Below, in pieces: positions 44,857-54,603 of a DNA stretch of 64,000 nt. Location of the stretch: assembly GCA_038046805.1 (NCBI GenBank), contig JBBSVO010000003.1, forward strand, positions 93,963 to 157,962, read 5' to 3'. This stretch comes from Candidatus Micrarchaeota archaeon. Its GTDB lineage: Archaea > Micrarchaeota > Micrarchaeia > Anstonellales > Bilamarchaeaceae. The translations under genes and the position numbers were made by a program. Position 1 is the stretch's first letter. Every line of letters starts with the position of its first letter. The notes under the pieces are model-generated. The model saw only the letters and a list, made by a program, of their open reading frames with translations. It ran no database searches and was not told where the DNA came from.

Positions 44857-45207
44857 GTGAACCCAGTGAAAATAAAAACAATCGAAGGAAAAATCATCTG
44901 CGAAACATGCGAAAAGGCAGATACTTCGCTGGCCCGCATACGAGGGCTAATGTTCTCGGAAAAAAGAAATATTTTATTTGTGTTTCCGCACGATGGAATC
45001 CAGCCGATCCACTCATTATTCGTATTTTTTCCGTTTCACGCGATTTATCTGGACGAAGAAATGCGCGTTGTGGAAATGTTCCGCGTTGAACCATTCGCGC
45101 TTCTTGTACGCAATACAAAACCTGCGAGATATCTTCTTGAAATCTCAGAGGGCACTTGTCAAGTGCCGCAAATTGGTGACAAATTATGCTTGGATGGAAA
45201 ATGCTAA
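44857..45207 (+). CDS. DUF192-like protein
   Basis: 116 aa. The pattern RGLMF...PIHSLFV...DAIYLD resembles COG1430/DUF192. GTG start. Confidence 0.55.
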   Translation: MNPVKIKTIEGKIICETCEKADTSLARIRGLMFSEKRNILFVFPHDGIQPIHSLFVFFPFHAIYLDEEMRVVEMFRVEPFALLVRNTKPARYLLEISEGTCQVPQIGDKLCLDGKC

Positions 45208-46631
45208 ACAACGGAGATTATAAGCTTGGATTCCCTGTTCTCAGTGAAGAGGAAATACGGGCAGTGTTATACGCAGAGGAAAAATTCAAAGACGAAACAA
45301 GAACGCACGAAATCATTGATGAAAAGGAAGCCATGAATATATTTTCAGAACTCGTTTCCGAGTATGCGGAGAGAAATAAGGCATATCTTACCAGAAAACA
45401 AGAGGAGTATCTTACAAAAATAGCATTTCTCCATACATGCAAATTCGCATTCTTATCTCTTCTTCTTGATGATAAGGAGATAGAAGAAATAAGCATCATA
45501 GGTCCGAATATTCCGGCATATGTATTTTTGCGGGACAACGGCTGGAAAACAACAAATGCGTGTTTTGAAAGCGAACAGGGAATATCTGAAATAATAAATA
45601 AAATGGCCAGCGAAGCAGGAAGAAGAATTACGCTCCAAAACCCCCGGCTCTCGGCAGTTTTACCAGATGGTTCACGACTTCATGCATCGTTGCCACCAGT
45701 ATCAAAAGGCGAAATAACAATAAGAAAATTCAGGGAACGGCCATTTTCGCCAAAAGAACTCTGTGAACACGGGACAGTGAGTCCCGAGGCAATTGCCCTA
45801 CTGTCACTGATTATGCAGGGAGACTTTTCTGTTGCGATAGCAGGAAACACTGCAAGTGGAAAAACAACAACACTTAATTCACTGTTCTCGTTTGTTCCTG
45901 CAAACGAAAGAATTATCATCACTGAAGAAACACCGGAAATAAACATTCCTCATCCACACCAACTCAGATTAGTTGCAAACTCAGATATGAATATCGATCT
46001 AAAGGACCTGGTATATGACAGCCTGAGGATGAGACCAGATAGAATGATAGTTGGAGAAGTGAGAAATCAGGAAGAAATTGAGGCCTTATTTGATGTTCTT
46101 CTTGGTGGCCAGGCACGAGGAACTTATGCCACATTCCATGCACAAAGTGCAGAAGAAGGAATGCAAAGAATACGGTCGTTTGGAATAAATGAAAACGACC
46201 TTAACAGTCTTGACCTGATAGTCGTTCAGAGAAGGATGTTAAAATATAATACAAAAACAGGATCTGGAAAGGAAATTAGAAGAATAATAGAAATATGCGA
46301 GATAGAAGGAGGAAACCCATCTCCGCTTTTTGCTTATGATGCACGAACAGACCGCCTTGAATCAAGAGTCTCAATTTCTGGCAAACGTGCTGGAAGACAC
46401 GGAGGAACCGGGATTTTGGAAAGACTCGCAGACGATCTGAGACTTAGCAAAAAAGAGCTTTGTATAGAAATTGAAAAAAGAAAAAAACTGATCAAAGACT
46501 CTGAAAACGACTTTCACACGGCATTTAGGAGAATACAAAAACAGCTTTTCAATATAGACGCACCAGATGTAGGCAACCGAACGAAACATGATCACACTAC
46601 ACAGGACGAGGATGAAGATGAAGATTATTGA
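45186..46631 (+). CDS. type II/IV secretion-family ATPase (archaeal pilus/archaellum FlaI/PilB-like)
   Basis: Walker A GNTASGKTT, Asp/His boxes, Walker B DRMIVGEVR. 481 aa. Confidence 0.8.
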   Translation: MLGWKMLNNGDYKLGFPVLSEEEIRAVLYAEEKFKDETRTHEIIDEKEAMNIFSELVSEYAERNKAYLTRKQEEYLTKIAFLHTCKFAFLSLLLDDKEIEEISIIGPNIPAYVFLRDNGWKTTNACFESEQGISEIINKMASEAGRRITLQNPRLSAVLPDGSRLHASLPPVSKGEITIRKFRERPFSPKELCEHGTVSPEAIALLSLIMQGDFSVAIAGNTASGKTTTLNSLFSFVPANERIIITEETPEINIPHPHQLRLVANSDMNIDLKDLVYDSLRMRPDRMIVGEVRNQEEIEALFDVLLGGQARGTYATFHAQSAEEGMQRIRSFGINENDLNSLDLIVVQRRMLKYNTKTGSGKEIRRIIEICEIEGGNPSPLFAYDARTDRLESRVSISGKRAGRHGGTGILERLADDLRLSKKELCIEIEKRKKLIKDSENDFHTAFRRIQKQLFNIDAPDVGNRTKHDHTTQDEDEDEDY

Positions 46632-48090
46632 AATTCTCACAGCAATGTCTGAAAAAATGCCTGGATTTCCATTGGAAAGCAGTTCTGCTGAAAAACTGTT
46701 GTTGAAACACCAGGATTATAATCCAAAGAAATATGTCACGGCATCATTTCTTGTAGCAATCGCCATCAGTCTGATCGTTTTTGCATTTTATTCAGTTATT
46801 GGAATGTTTCTTGCATTTGCAGGATGTTTTTTTGTTTTTCTGAAACTTCCTGAGATTGAAATCAAAATTATTGATGAAAAGATGGAGGCAGAAATGCCGA
46901 TTGTCTTGACAAATTTACACCTTCATCTTAAAACCGGGATTCAATTCAGGCGCGCGCTGGAACTTTCGTGCGAAGATGGTGAATTCTCCGGGAGAATGCG
47001 CGAAGCATTAAGAAATGTTGAAAGCGGATCAACAATTCAATCTGCATTTGCACAGATTTATTCGAAGACAAACTCCCCGCGAATCAAGATGGCGATTTCC
47101 CAGACATTGAGCGCATATGAGCATGGAGGAGAAGCACGTGAGATAGGCGCGTTCGCAGATTCGATGCTTTCAATGCAGCACCATAAGCTCAGGGATACCT
47201 CTTCAAAACTTGGGATGATTGGCCTTATTTTCGTCACTGTTTCTGTGGTTGCACCGACATTTTTTCTAATAGGTGCAATTCTCTCAAAACCACTATTCAA
47301 CGTGGAAATAGGAACCTTCCAACTCGCAATAATTCTGCTCGTGTTATTTCCATTGGTTTCATTTGCAGTACTCTACGCAGGAAATGCAATAATGCCTGCA
47401 TTTTATTTATCCGCGACTAAAACCCGAAGAAATCTTAATCCATACTCAGTATATCTCCTGGAAAAAAAGACTGAAGAAATAGAAAATGCGCTCCCTGACG
47501 CACTGATTGCCATGTCAACACTTCCAAAAGGAGCAAATATCAAAAAGATTCTTGGTGTGATTGCAAATTCTTCTTCAAAGGAATTGACCAACGAGGGGCA
47601 AATAATGATAAGACAGCTTGAATCAGGGATTACCCCTCAAAAAGCGCTGGAAGATTTTTACATGAGAAATAAATCTCCCATAGTACGCAGGACTGTGACC
47701 GCCATAGAGCAGATAGTTGGAACCGGAAGAATGGAAAGTGTTTCTTCAGTAGCAGAATCAATAATAAAGTTTTTTGAGATAAAACGAGCCAGGGCAAACA
47801 TTCTCTCGATGCATAAGTATACGCTTATTTTCGGAGCCCTGTTGGTTCCTGCGATAATGGCAGGTACGATTTCATTCACAAAGAACCTAACTAATGGATT
47901 TGGCAGTTCTGATATGATTATAACAAAGGCACCAGAAATAATTTCAATATACCTTATAATATATTCCGTGCTTGTCTCATTGTATATAGCTGATGCGGAA
48001 GGAAAACGCTCGCTCGCATTGCCTTATGCGGGAGTTCTTTCTTTTGTTTCGGTGATGTTGTTTAATACTATTGGAATGGTGTGGGGTTGA
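46588..48090 (+). CDS. type IV pilus/archaellum platform membrane protein (FlaJ/TadC-like)
   Basis: 500 aa with duplicated T2SS-F-like cytoplasmic domains alternating with TM segments. Overlaps the ATPase gene end. Confidence 0.7.
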   Translation: MITLHRTRMKMKIIEILTAMSEKMPGFPLESSSAEKLLLKHQDYNPKKYVTASFLVAIAISLIVFAFYSVIGMFLAFAGCFFVFLKLPEIEIKIIDEKMEAEMPIVLTNLHLHLKTGIQFRRALELSCEDGEFSGRMREALRNVESGSTIQSAFAQIYSKTNSPRIKMAISQTLSAYEHGGEAREIGAFADSMLSMQHHKLRDTSSKLGMIGLIFVTVSVVAPTFFLIGAILSKPLFNVEIGTFQLAIILLVLFPLVSFAVLYAGNAIMPAFYLSATKTRRNLNPYSVYLLEKKTEEIENALPDALIAMSTLPKGANIKKILGVIANSSSKELTNEGQIMIRQLESGITPQKALEDFYMRNKSPIVRRTVTAIEQIVGTGRMESVSSVAESIIKFFEIKRARANILSMHKYTLIFGALLVPAIMAGTISFTKNLTNGFGSSDMIITKAPEIISIYLIIYSVLVSLYIADAEGKRSLALPYAGVLSFVSVMLFNTIGMVWG

Positions 48091-48091
48091 A

Positions 48092-48589
48092 ATGGACCGA
48101 ATAACCACTGTGATATCAACTTTGAATGATCCGCTGATTACCGCAGTTTCGCTTGCGATAAATGATAAAGTGATTTTTATTGCACTGATAACCGTACTTA
48201 TTTTCTTATTTGAAAAAAGAACCGAGAAAATACTAAAGATATTCCTTGTACTTCTCACTGCATTTGTATTGGCATCGGCAGCAAAGGAAGTTCTGAGGCT
48301 GGAAAGACCATGCGATTCCGCAATGACAAAGATTCAGTGCCCGGATGATTTCTCATTTCCAAGCAATCATGCAGCCCTTGCATTTACGCTTGCACTTGCA
48401 TTCATAAACAAGAAAACATACCCTATGCTGATGGGATTTGCAATTCTCACTGCATTCAGCAGAATATATCTGGGAGTGCATACATTTGAGGATATTGTAG
48501 GAGGACTTGTTATTGCTCCGATTGCATACCAAACCGTTGAAATATTCTGGAAGACTAAAGAGGAAAAACCATGGGAGAAGAAAAAATAG
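48092..48589 (+). CDS. PAP2 family phosphatase
   Basis: Motifs KEVLRLERP, PSNHAA and SRIYLGVHTFEDIVGG. ATG at 48092 directly after the upstream stop. Confidence 0.8.
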   Translation: MDRITTVISTLNDPLITAVSLAINDKVIFIALITVLIFLFEKRTEKILKIFLVLLTAFVLASAAKEVLRLERPCDSAMTKIQCPDDFSFPSNHAALAFTLALAFINKKTYPMLMGFAILTAFSRIYLGVHTFEDIVGGLVIAPIAYQTVEIFWKTKEEKPWEKKK

Positions 48590-49155
48590 AAACAGACACC
48601 AGAAGAAGAGAAATAGTGCGCCAGATGGTACACGCACTCATAGGACTGCTTATGATTGCAATCATGTTTTTGCTTGGGCGGGGATATCTTATAGCATTTC
48701 TATTTTTTGTTACGATAATAGGATTATTGATAATAAATTTCAGGACAAGTTGGGGAAAATTTCCAATTGCAGAATGGTTTGAGAAAAAACTTGAAAGAAA
48801 CCATGTGAGGTTTCCCGGATACGGCTCATCGTGGTACGTGGTCGGAATAATCCTGATGGCACTGGTAATTCATGATCCAAATAAGATAGCTGCAGGAATT
48901 TTTGTTCTTGCAATTGGGGATGCAGCCTCAACCATTTTCGGGATGAACGGAACGCACAGGTGTCCGTATAATGAACGAAAGACGTTTGAGGGTTCGGCAG
49001 CATTCTTCGCATTTTCACTGATTGCGTTCATTTTCATCGGATGGAAGGCGATTCCACTCGCACTTATTGCGGCAATCGTAGAGAGCCTTCCACTTCCATA
49101 TGATGACAACATTGTGATTCCGGTTGTTGCAACCTCATTTTTCTTAATTGTTTGA
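48571..49155 (+). CDS. polyprenol/dolichol kinase-like (CTP-transferase 1 family) membrane protein
   Basis: Multi-TM, 194 aa, with GDAASTIFG...RKTFEGSAAF typical of dolichol/phytol kinase-like proteins. Confidence 0.6.
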   Translation: MGEEKIETDTRRREIVRQMVHALIGLLMIAIMFLLGRGYLIAFLFFVTIIGLLIINFRTSWGKFPIAEWFEKKLERNHVRFPGYGSSWYVVGIILMALVIHDPNKIAAGIFVLAIGDAASTIFGMNGTHRCPYNERKTFEGSAAFFAFSLIAFIFIGWKAIPLALIAAIVESLPLPYDDNIVIPVVATSFFLIV

Positions 49156-49158
49156 TAT

Positions 49159-49254
49159 CCCGAGACAGAAAAGTTTTTCCGTCTCGATCTATAGTGAACC
49201 AACGTTGTAGGATATTCGCCTGAAAGTCGGAGTTATTTAGTTGGTTCAGTATAC
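49159..49254 (-). repeat. structured repeat element, copy 2 (inverted relative to 5170-5357)
   Basis: The reverse complement reads GTATACTGAACCAACTAAATAACTCCGA...GGTTCACTATAGATCGAG...GGAAAAACTTTTCTGTCTCGGG. This matches both ends of the 5.2 kb copy, but without that copy's central hairpin pair. Confidence 0.6.
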
Positions 49255-49266
49255 AACGGTGCTCAC

Positions 49267-50049
49267 ATGCCAACGATTCTTTACACCTCAAAACAGCTCG
49301 CAAGCAAGAATATTGCAGACGAGCTGGAAAAAATTGGCAGGATAAATGCAATTGATACAGAAGTTCAGACAGTTCTTGATATTCCTACTGACTTTGACGC
49401 GGATTGCGAGTACGTTCTGGTTTTAAGCCCGCACAAAAGTAAAGTTCCAAAGCCAATGCTCACGATGCATTTTCCTGGGAACTGGGGTACTGCAGAAATG
49501 GGCGGAGAACCGGAAACACTCAACATTGCACATGCGGGCAAGCTCAAGCAACTATTCCTTGAGACAAAAAGGGCAAATGTTGCGCTTGGACTTAACTGGG
49601 AAGTAACAATCGAGGCAGATCATCACGGACCAACCATGACCGAAAACGCGGTCCCGATAATCTTCGTGGAAATTGGGAGTTCAGAAGCAGAATGGGGAAA
49701 TAAACTGGCGGCACAGGTTCTCGCAACTGCAATAAACGGAATAATAAAAATAAAAAACGATGAAGATAGTCAGAAATTCCGCACGTTTTTCGGAGTTGGC
49801 GGCGGCCATTATGCTAAAGAATTTTGCAGATTCGTGGAAAGCGAACAGGGAAAGGAATGGGCAGTCGGACATATAATCCCGAAATACGCTATAGACAATG
49901 CGAGCGAGAGCGTGCTAATACAAGCAATAGAAAAAAATATGGGAAGAGTTGAGAAGGCAATTATCCTCAAGGATTCATTAAACGCAAAACAAAAGGAGAA
50001 AATCCTGGATTTCTGCAAATCTCACGACGTGCCTGCGGAACTTATTTAA
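49267..50049 (+). CDS. dtdA: D-aminoacyl-tRNA deacylase, archaeal DTD2 type
   Basis: EADHHGPT and GVGGGHYA motifs. 260 aa. Confidence 0.65.
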   Translation: MPTILYTSKQLASKNIADELEKIGRINAIDTEVQTVLDIPTDFDADCEYVLVLSPHKSKVPKPMLTMHFPGNWGTAEMGGEPETLNIAHAGKLKQLFLETKRANVALGLNWEVTIEADHHGPTMTENAVPIIFVEIGSSEAEWGNKLAAQVLATAINGIIKIKNDEDSQKFRTFFGVGGGHYAKEFCRFVESEQGKEWAVGHIIPKYAIDNASESVLIQAIEKNMGRVEKAIILKDSLNAKQKEKILDFCKSHDVPAELI

Positions 50050-50086
50050 ATCCTTTCTGTGAATTGAGAATACGAACAAAAAGGGA

Positions 50087-50479
50087 TTGAAATGGAAAAA
50101 GAAAGCGTCCTGCCGCAAAGGCTTGGAAGAACTCCGGATATTCTTGGAGTATTTCTTGGTCGTGGGCCGCTCTTGGGTGCAACCAATGAAGGCGAAGAAA
50201 GCTAAAACCAAAGAAACAAAAAAACACAGCCACCACTCGCCCAGAATTCAATCCGACCCTAAATTTTTGGTTTCTCCTTCTGTAGAAAATAATTCCGCAC
50301 TGCGCACGCTGTTAATGCTTCACCAAAACAACACGTTTGCAGGTGACGATGCGAAAATATTCGACTCGTTTTTGGCAAGATTTTACACAGAAAGGCTGGA
50401 AGAAGGGGAATTACGCGATTTCTTAAGGGATAATCCGGCAATAAGAAGAAAGATTTGGGAAGCTAAGCCGATAATCTGA
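50087..50479 (+). CDS. hypothetical protein, start uncertain
   Basis: 130-aa ORF with a basic N-terminus. No recognised motif. Confidence 0.35.
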   Translation: MKWKKKASCRKGLEELRIFLEYFLVVGRSWVQPMKAKKAKTKETKKHSHHSPRIQSDPKFLVSPSVENNSALRTLLMLHQNNTFAGDDAKIFDSFLARFYTERLEEGELRDFLRDNPAIRRKIWEAKPII

Positions 50480-50495
50480 GTTCACAACACCGCAA

Positions 50496-51059
50496 CTAAA
50501 GCCCAAACGCTTTCCTGATTCTTGCTGCTTCAATTTCTTTTCCTTCAGACTCAAAATCATCAGCCACACTTCTTGCAATTTGTTTCAGATTAATAGGCAC
50601 TGTCTCGTCAGGCATTATCTCTGGCTGCAGTATATGGTAAACTGCATCAAGTAAACGAGCAATTTCAAACACCCCTGCCCTTATAAATCGTTCCAGCATT
50701 CTTTTTAGAGCAATACCGAATTCGTCAGATAGCTCGGAGTTTCTTGCGAAAATTGCTGCTTCGTGTGGCTTAGTTTCCATGAGCTTTGAGATCCACAATC
50801 TTGCCGCACGCTTTGCCTCTGTGGCCATATTGTGCTCTCGCGCAAACTGTGCTGCGCCGGGATATTTCTTTTCTCTCATAAGTCGTTTGAACGTTTTATC
50901 TGGGTCTTCGATTTCAGCAGTAGTATTCTCAGGGGCTACCTTTTTTGGGCCAAGGCTTTCTTCCACTGCCAGACTTCCTTTTACTACAAGCCTATGAGGA
51001 AACCTGATTAAATTAGAATCACCCGTTCCTCTTCTCTTGCGGACCATATAAACAACCAA
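50496..51059 (-). CDS. hypothetical protein
   Basis: 187-aa ORF with no recognised motif. Confidence 0.45.
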   Translation of the reverse strand: MVVYMVRKRRGTGDSNLIRFPHRLVVKGSLAVEESLGPKKVAPENTTAEIEDPDKTFKRLMREKKYPGAAQFAREHNMATEAKRAARLWISKLMETKPHEAAIFARNSELSDEFGIALKRMLERFIRAGVFEIARLLDAVYHILQPEIMPDETVPINLKQIARSVADDFESEGKEIEAARIRKAFGL

Positions 51060-51154
51060 AGCAAGATAATCAAAATGTGAAATGCTAGACGCAGAACCAT
51101 CAAAACACGGAACTCGAAACGCGAGACGCTAGACTTAAGACCATTAAATAAAAA

Positions 51155-51192
51155 GGGCGGAGTCTGGATTCGTTTGTTTCCAGGTTCCGCCC
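51155..51192. terminator. GC-clamped hairpin flanked by A5 and T5 (bidirectional terminator-like), just downstream of 5S rRNA
   Basis: AAAAA-GGGCGGA...TCCGCCC-TTTTT. Confidence 0.45.
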
Positions 51193-51204
51193 TTTTTACG
51201 AAAG

Positions 51205-51320
51205 TATCAGCAGCAGCATGGGTTCCCACCCATAGGGTAGTACAAACATTGCCGTGAAGGGGCTTAACTTCTGTGTTCGGGATGGGAACAGGTGAACCCC
51301 CTTCCTATGGCCGCTGACAA
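51205..51320 (-). rRNA. rrf: 5S ribosomal RNA (stand-alone)
   Basis: The minus strand reads GTCAGCGGCCATAGG...CCCATCCCGAACACAGAAGTTAAGCCCC...GGGAACCCATGCTGCTGCTGAT. The terminal helix is formed by the two ends. Confidence 0.85.
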
Positions 51321-51376
51321 GCAAAATCTATGTATGATTATGTTTAAAAGGGTTTCCAGAGACAGATTGCTACAGG

Positions 51377-52357
51377 ATGATCAATATGCCAGCCAAAAAA
51401 ACGAAAAAAGAAACTGAAGTCAAAGTGAGCATTCCGGTGGAAAAAGTAAGCCTTCCACAATCTCAGGCACCCACAGTCCAGCCTGCCGAGGAAAAGAAAG
51501 GCTGGTTTCCAAAGATAGATTCAGCGTTGGAAATGTATAGTCTGCTTGTAAAACAGAATTGGAAAGGACTATTCATAGATGGACTAAAAATAGGCGGATT
51601 ACAGTTGATAGTATCTGCCATAACCTTGACCCTCTTGGGTATACTGGCGTTCACATTATTTGCTTCGATTATGCAGGCATTGGAAAAAGGGGATATTACA
51701 ACGGTGTTGTCTGGAATTGGTCCAAGTATAATAATAATCCTTACAGTGTTTTTACCAATAGCCCTTGTTTCTGCCGCGATTCAGGGAATTCTCAGCTTTA
51801 CGATGTTTCCGGCAGTTGAGGAACGGGCAAACGGAAGGATAGTAGACATATTTGCAAAATTCAAAGAACTTGCATTTCCTGCGATAGGTTATACGTTAGT
51901 GGTTACGATCATATCAATCATTTTGCTCCTTCCGCTAATCATTGGGATTATTTCTAAAGAATTTGCAATTATTTGCCTGTTTGCAATAATTGGCGGAGCG
52001 GCATTTTTGATATTTGCATTTTCAATTCAATTCGCAGGATGGGAACTTACAGTGGGAAAGGCAGGCGTATTTGAAAGTCTGAAACGATCACATGCGCTAG
52101 TAAAGAAAAACATTGGTGGAACGATTGTTTTTGACATAATTTTGGTAGTTGTGTCAATACTCATAAGTATTCCATTCAGCATTCCGTCAATCCTGGTTTC
52201 TTTACTAACGATGAGTACGGATTGGTTACCCGCATTTATTATTAAACAAGCTTCCAGCTTAATCATAAATTTCGTTTTCACGGGGGTAACTCTTGCACTA
52301 ATAATGACGCTTAGTTACTCGTACTGGAAAACATTAAGACAAAACACTGGAAACTGA
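51377..52357 (+). CDS. polytopic membrane protein (hypothetical)
   Basis: 326 aa with about 6 TM helices after a hydrophilic N-terminus. Confidence 0.5.
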   Translation: MINMPAKKTKKETEVKVSIPVEKVSLPQSQAPTVQPAEEKKGWFPKIDSALEMYSLLVKQNWKGLFIDGLKIGGLQLIVSAITLTLLGILAFTLFASIMQALEKGDITTVLSGIGPSIIIILTVFLPIALVSAAIQGILSFTMFPAVEERANGRIVDIFAKFKELAFPAIGYTLVVTIISIILLLPLIIGIISKEFAIICLFAIIGGAAFLIFAFSIQFAGWELTVGKAGVFESLKRSHALVKKNIGGTIVFDIILVVVSILISIPFSIPSILVSLLTMSTDWLPAFIIKQASSLIINFVFTGVTLALIMTLSYSYWKTLRQNTGN

Positions 52358-52465
52358 TTCAAAACCAGAAGCCAGACTGTGAACGCAAGACAGGATTCAA
52401 AACTAGAGACAACTATGCTAGACTCGAAACGCTGAACTCTAGACTCAACAAAGGAGACAAAGACT

Positions 52466-53986
52466 ATGATACCGCATTGGGCAGAGCAACTGGCTCAAAG
52501 AATTATAACCGAAAAAAAGGAGCCGTACATTGTGAGCGCAGGCATAACCACTTCAGGGCCTGCACACCTGGGCACGCTATGCGAATTCCTTTTTCCAGGA
52601 ACAATAGCAAAGGCAATTGAAAAACAAAGCTGGAAAAATTGCAAATTCTATTTTTTCGCGGATATATTCGACGCATTTGACTCGATTCCGTTGTCAATGG
52701 AAAAGTACTCAAAAGAGCTTGAGCCGCATCTGGGAAAGCCATTATGCGACGTGCCTGACCCAACCGGAAAAAGCAAAAGCTTTGGCGACCATTTCTTAGA
52801 TGAAGTGAGGGAATTAATGAAGCTATTTGGAGTGGAAGCAGAAGTAGTTAGAATAAACGAATGGTATGCTTCTGGGAAAATCGACAAACACATTAAATTC
52901 TTCCTTGAAAACGAAGCGCAGGCAAATGAAATAATAGAAAGGACATCTGGGAAAACCAATTCAAAGGACTGGAGCGCGATAATGCCTGTTTGCGCAAAAT
53001 GCGGAAAGATTGCTACAACGCGCGTTACATCGCACGATTCTGAAAATTACGAATATGTATGCGACAGGAATGTAAAATACACAACTGGATGTGGGTTCAA
53101 CGGAAAAAACAGCATTTACGATCATAAGTGCAAATTAGTCTGGAGATTGCACTGGCCAATGTGGCACGACCTTGCGGATACGAAAAGCGAGGGTGCTGGC
53201 GTTGATCATTTTACAAAAGGCGGAAGCCACGACACGCTTTCTGCAGTCTTCAAAGAAATGTTCAAAAAACCAGAACCGATTGGCTATAAATATGGATTTA
53301 TTTTATTCCAGGGAAAGAAATATTCCAAATCAAAAGGAATAGGAATGGGCGTAGCAGATATTGTCAAGGTAGTCCCTCCAGAAGTAGTGAGATATATCCT
53401 TCTAAAGCCGGATTTACAGGAGAATATTGATATAGACCCGACAAGCGAGAACCTGCTAAGGGCGATTGAGGATTTTCAGGGCGCGGCAGGGATTGCTACA
53501 AGTGGGAATGACCCCGAAACAATTCCGCGCGCAGAACAAAAAAGAATGCAGGCGTTTGGATTAGCCAATAATGGGGAAAAAATTCACTGGAAAGCACCAT
53601 TCCTTGATGTTTTACTTTATTATCAAATTTACGGAGACTGGGATGAAGTTGGAAAACTACTAGGAGATGCCGAAGGAGTAAAGTACCTCGCTCCGTATGT
53701 AAGCGAATGGATAGCACGTGAATTCATACCAGAAGATTACCGATTCAAATACCAGCCAAAGAAAGCAGAAGGAAGCGTGCAGAGCTTATTTCAAAAGCTC
53801 GAAGCTGGGATGGACGCACTCGCAATTCACAATGCGGTTTTTGAGCATGCAAAGACAAATGAAATCGAGCCTAAAGAACTGTTCAAACAAATTTATCTCG
53901 CACTAATTGGAAAGGAAAAAGGACCAAGGGTCGGGAAACTGGTTTACGCGCTTGACGTGGAGAGAGTTAAAAAGGACGTTTTGTGA
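52466..53986 (+). CDS. lysK: lysine--tRNA ligase, class I
   Basis: HIGH-like GPAHLGT and KMSKS-like KYSKSKG. Internal Cys cluster CAKCGK...C. About 506 aa, as in class I LysRS. Confidence 0.85.
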   Translation: MIPHWAEQLAQRIITEKKEPYIVSAGITTSGPAHLGTLCEFLFPGTIAKAIEKQSWKNCKFYFFADIFDAFDSIPLSMEKYSKELEPHLGKPLCDVPDPTGKSKSFGDHFLDEVRELMKLFGVEAEVVRINEWYASGKIDKHIKFFLENEAQANEIIERTSGKTNSKDWSAIMPVCAKCGKIATTRVTSHDSENYEYVCDRNVKYTTGCGFNGKNSIYDHKCKLVWRLHWPMWHDLADTKSEGAGVDHFTKGGSHDTLSAVFKEMFKKPEPIGYKYGFILFQGKKYSKSKGIGMGVADIVKVVPPEVVRYILLKPDLQENIDIDPTSENLLRAIEDFQGAAGIATSGNDPETIPRAEQKRMQAFGLANNGEKIHWKAPFLDVLLYYQIYGDWDEVGKLLGDAEGVKYLAPYVSEWIAREFIPEDYRFKYQPKKAEGSVQSLFQKLEAGMDALAIHNAVFEHAKTNEIEPKELFKQIYLALIGKEKGPRVGKLVYALDVERVKKDVL

Positions 53987-53995
53987 GTGTGTTGC

Positions 53996-54598
53996 ATGGC
54001 CGAGGTAATCCAACAGGATAATGAATTTGCATCCCATAAAACAAAGGACGCTATTACGAGCGGAAAAATTGTAATTTATCCGACAGATACTGTTTATGGA
54101 ATTGGATGTGACGCGCTTAATGCAACGAGCGTTGAGCAGATTAAAAAAATAAAAGGCCGCGATGCGAACAAACCGATGTCAGTTATACTTGGAACGTTGG
54201 ATTTGGTACGCGAGTACTGCGAAGTTTCGGACAAACAGGCAACGATTCTTGCAACATATCTTCCCGGACCGTTCACGTTCATTTTGCGGCTCAAAAAAGG
54301 AAAGGAAAAAACACTGGAACAAGTTTCCGGCTCCGGAGGGAGAATAGGAATCCGCGTTCCAGAACATCAGTTAATGAGAAGGATAAGTTCGGGATTGGGT
54401 GTGCCTGTTGTAACCACAAGCGCGAATCCAAGCGGTGAGAAGGAGGTTATTGAATTTGGAAAAATAAATAAAAAAATTGTTTCCGCATGCGATCTTGCGA
54501 TTGATGGCGGAAAAACGAAATATGCTGCTCCTTCGACAGTAATTGATTTAACCGGGGATGAAATGAAGGTTTTAAGAAAGGGCGCGGGAAAGATTTGA
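53996..54598 (+). CDS. L-threonylcarbamoyladenylate synthase (Sua5/YrdC/TsaC family)
   Basis: IYPTDTVYGIGCDA, KGRDANKPMSV, PGPFTF and TTSANPSG motifs. Confidence 0.85.
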   Translation: MAEVIQQDNEFASHKTKDAITSGKIVIYPTDTVYGIGCDALNATSVEQIKKIKGRDANKPMSVILGTLDLVREYCEVSDKQATILATYLPGPFTFILRLKKGKEKTLEQVSGSGGRIGIRVPEHQLMRRISSGLGVPVVTTSANPSGEKEVIEFGKINKKIVSACDLAIDGGKTKYAAPSTVIDLTGDEMKVLRKGAGKI

Positions 54599-54603
54599 AT
54601 GGG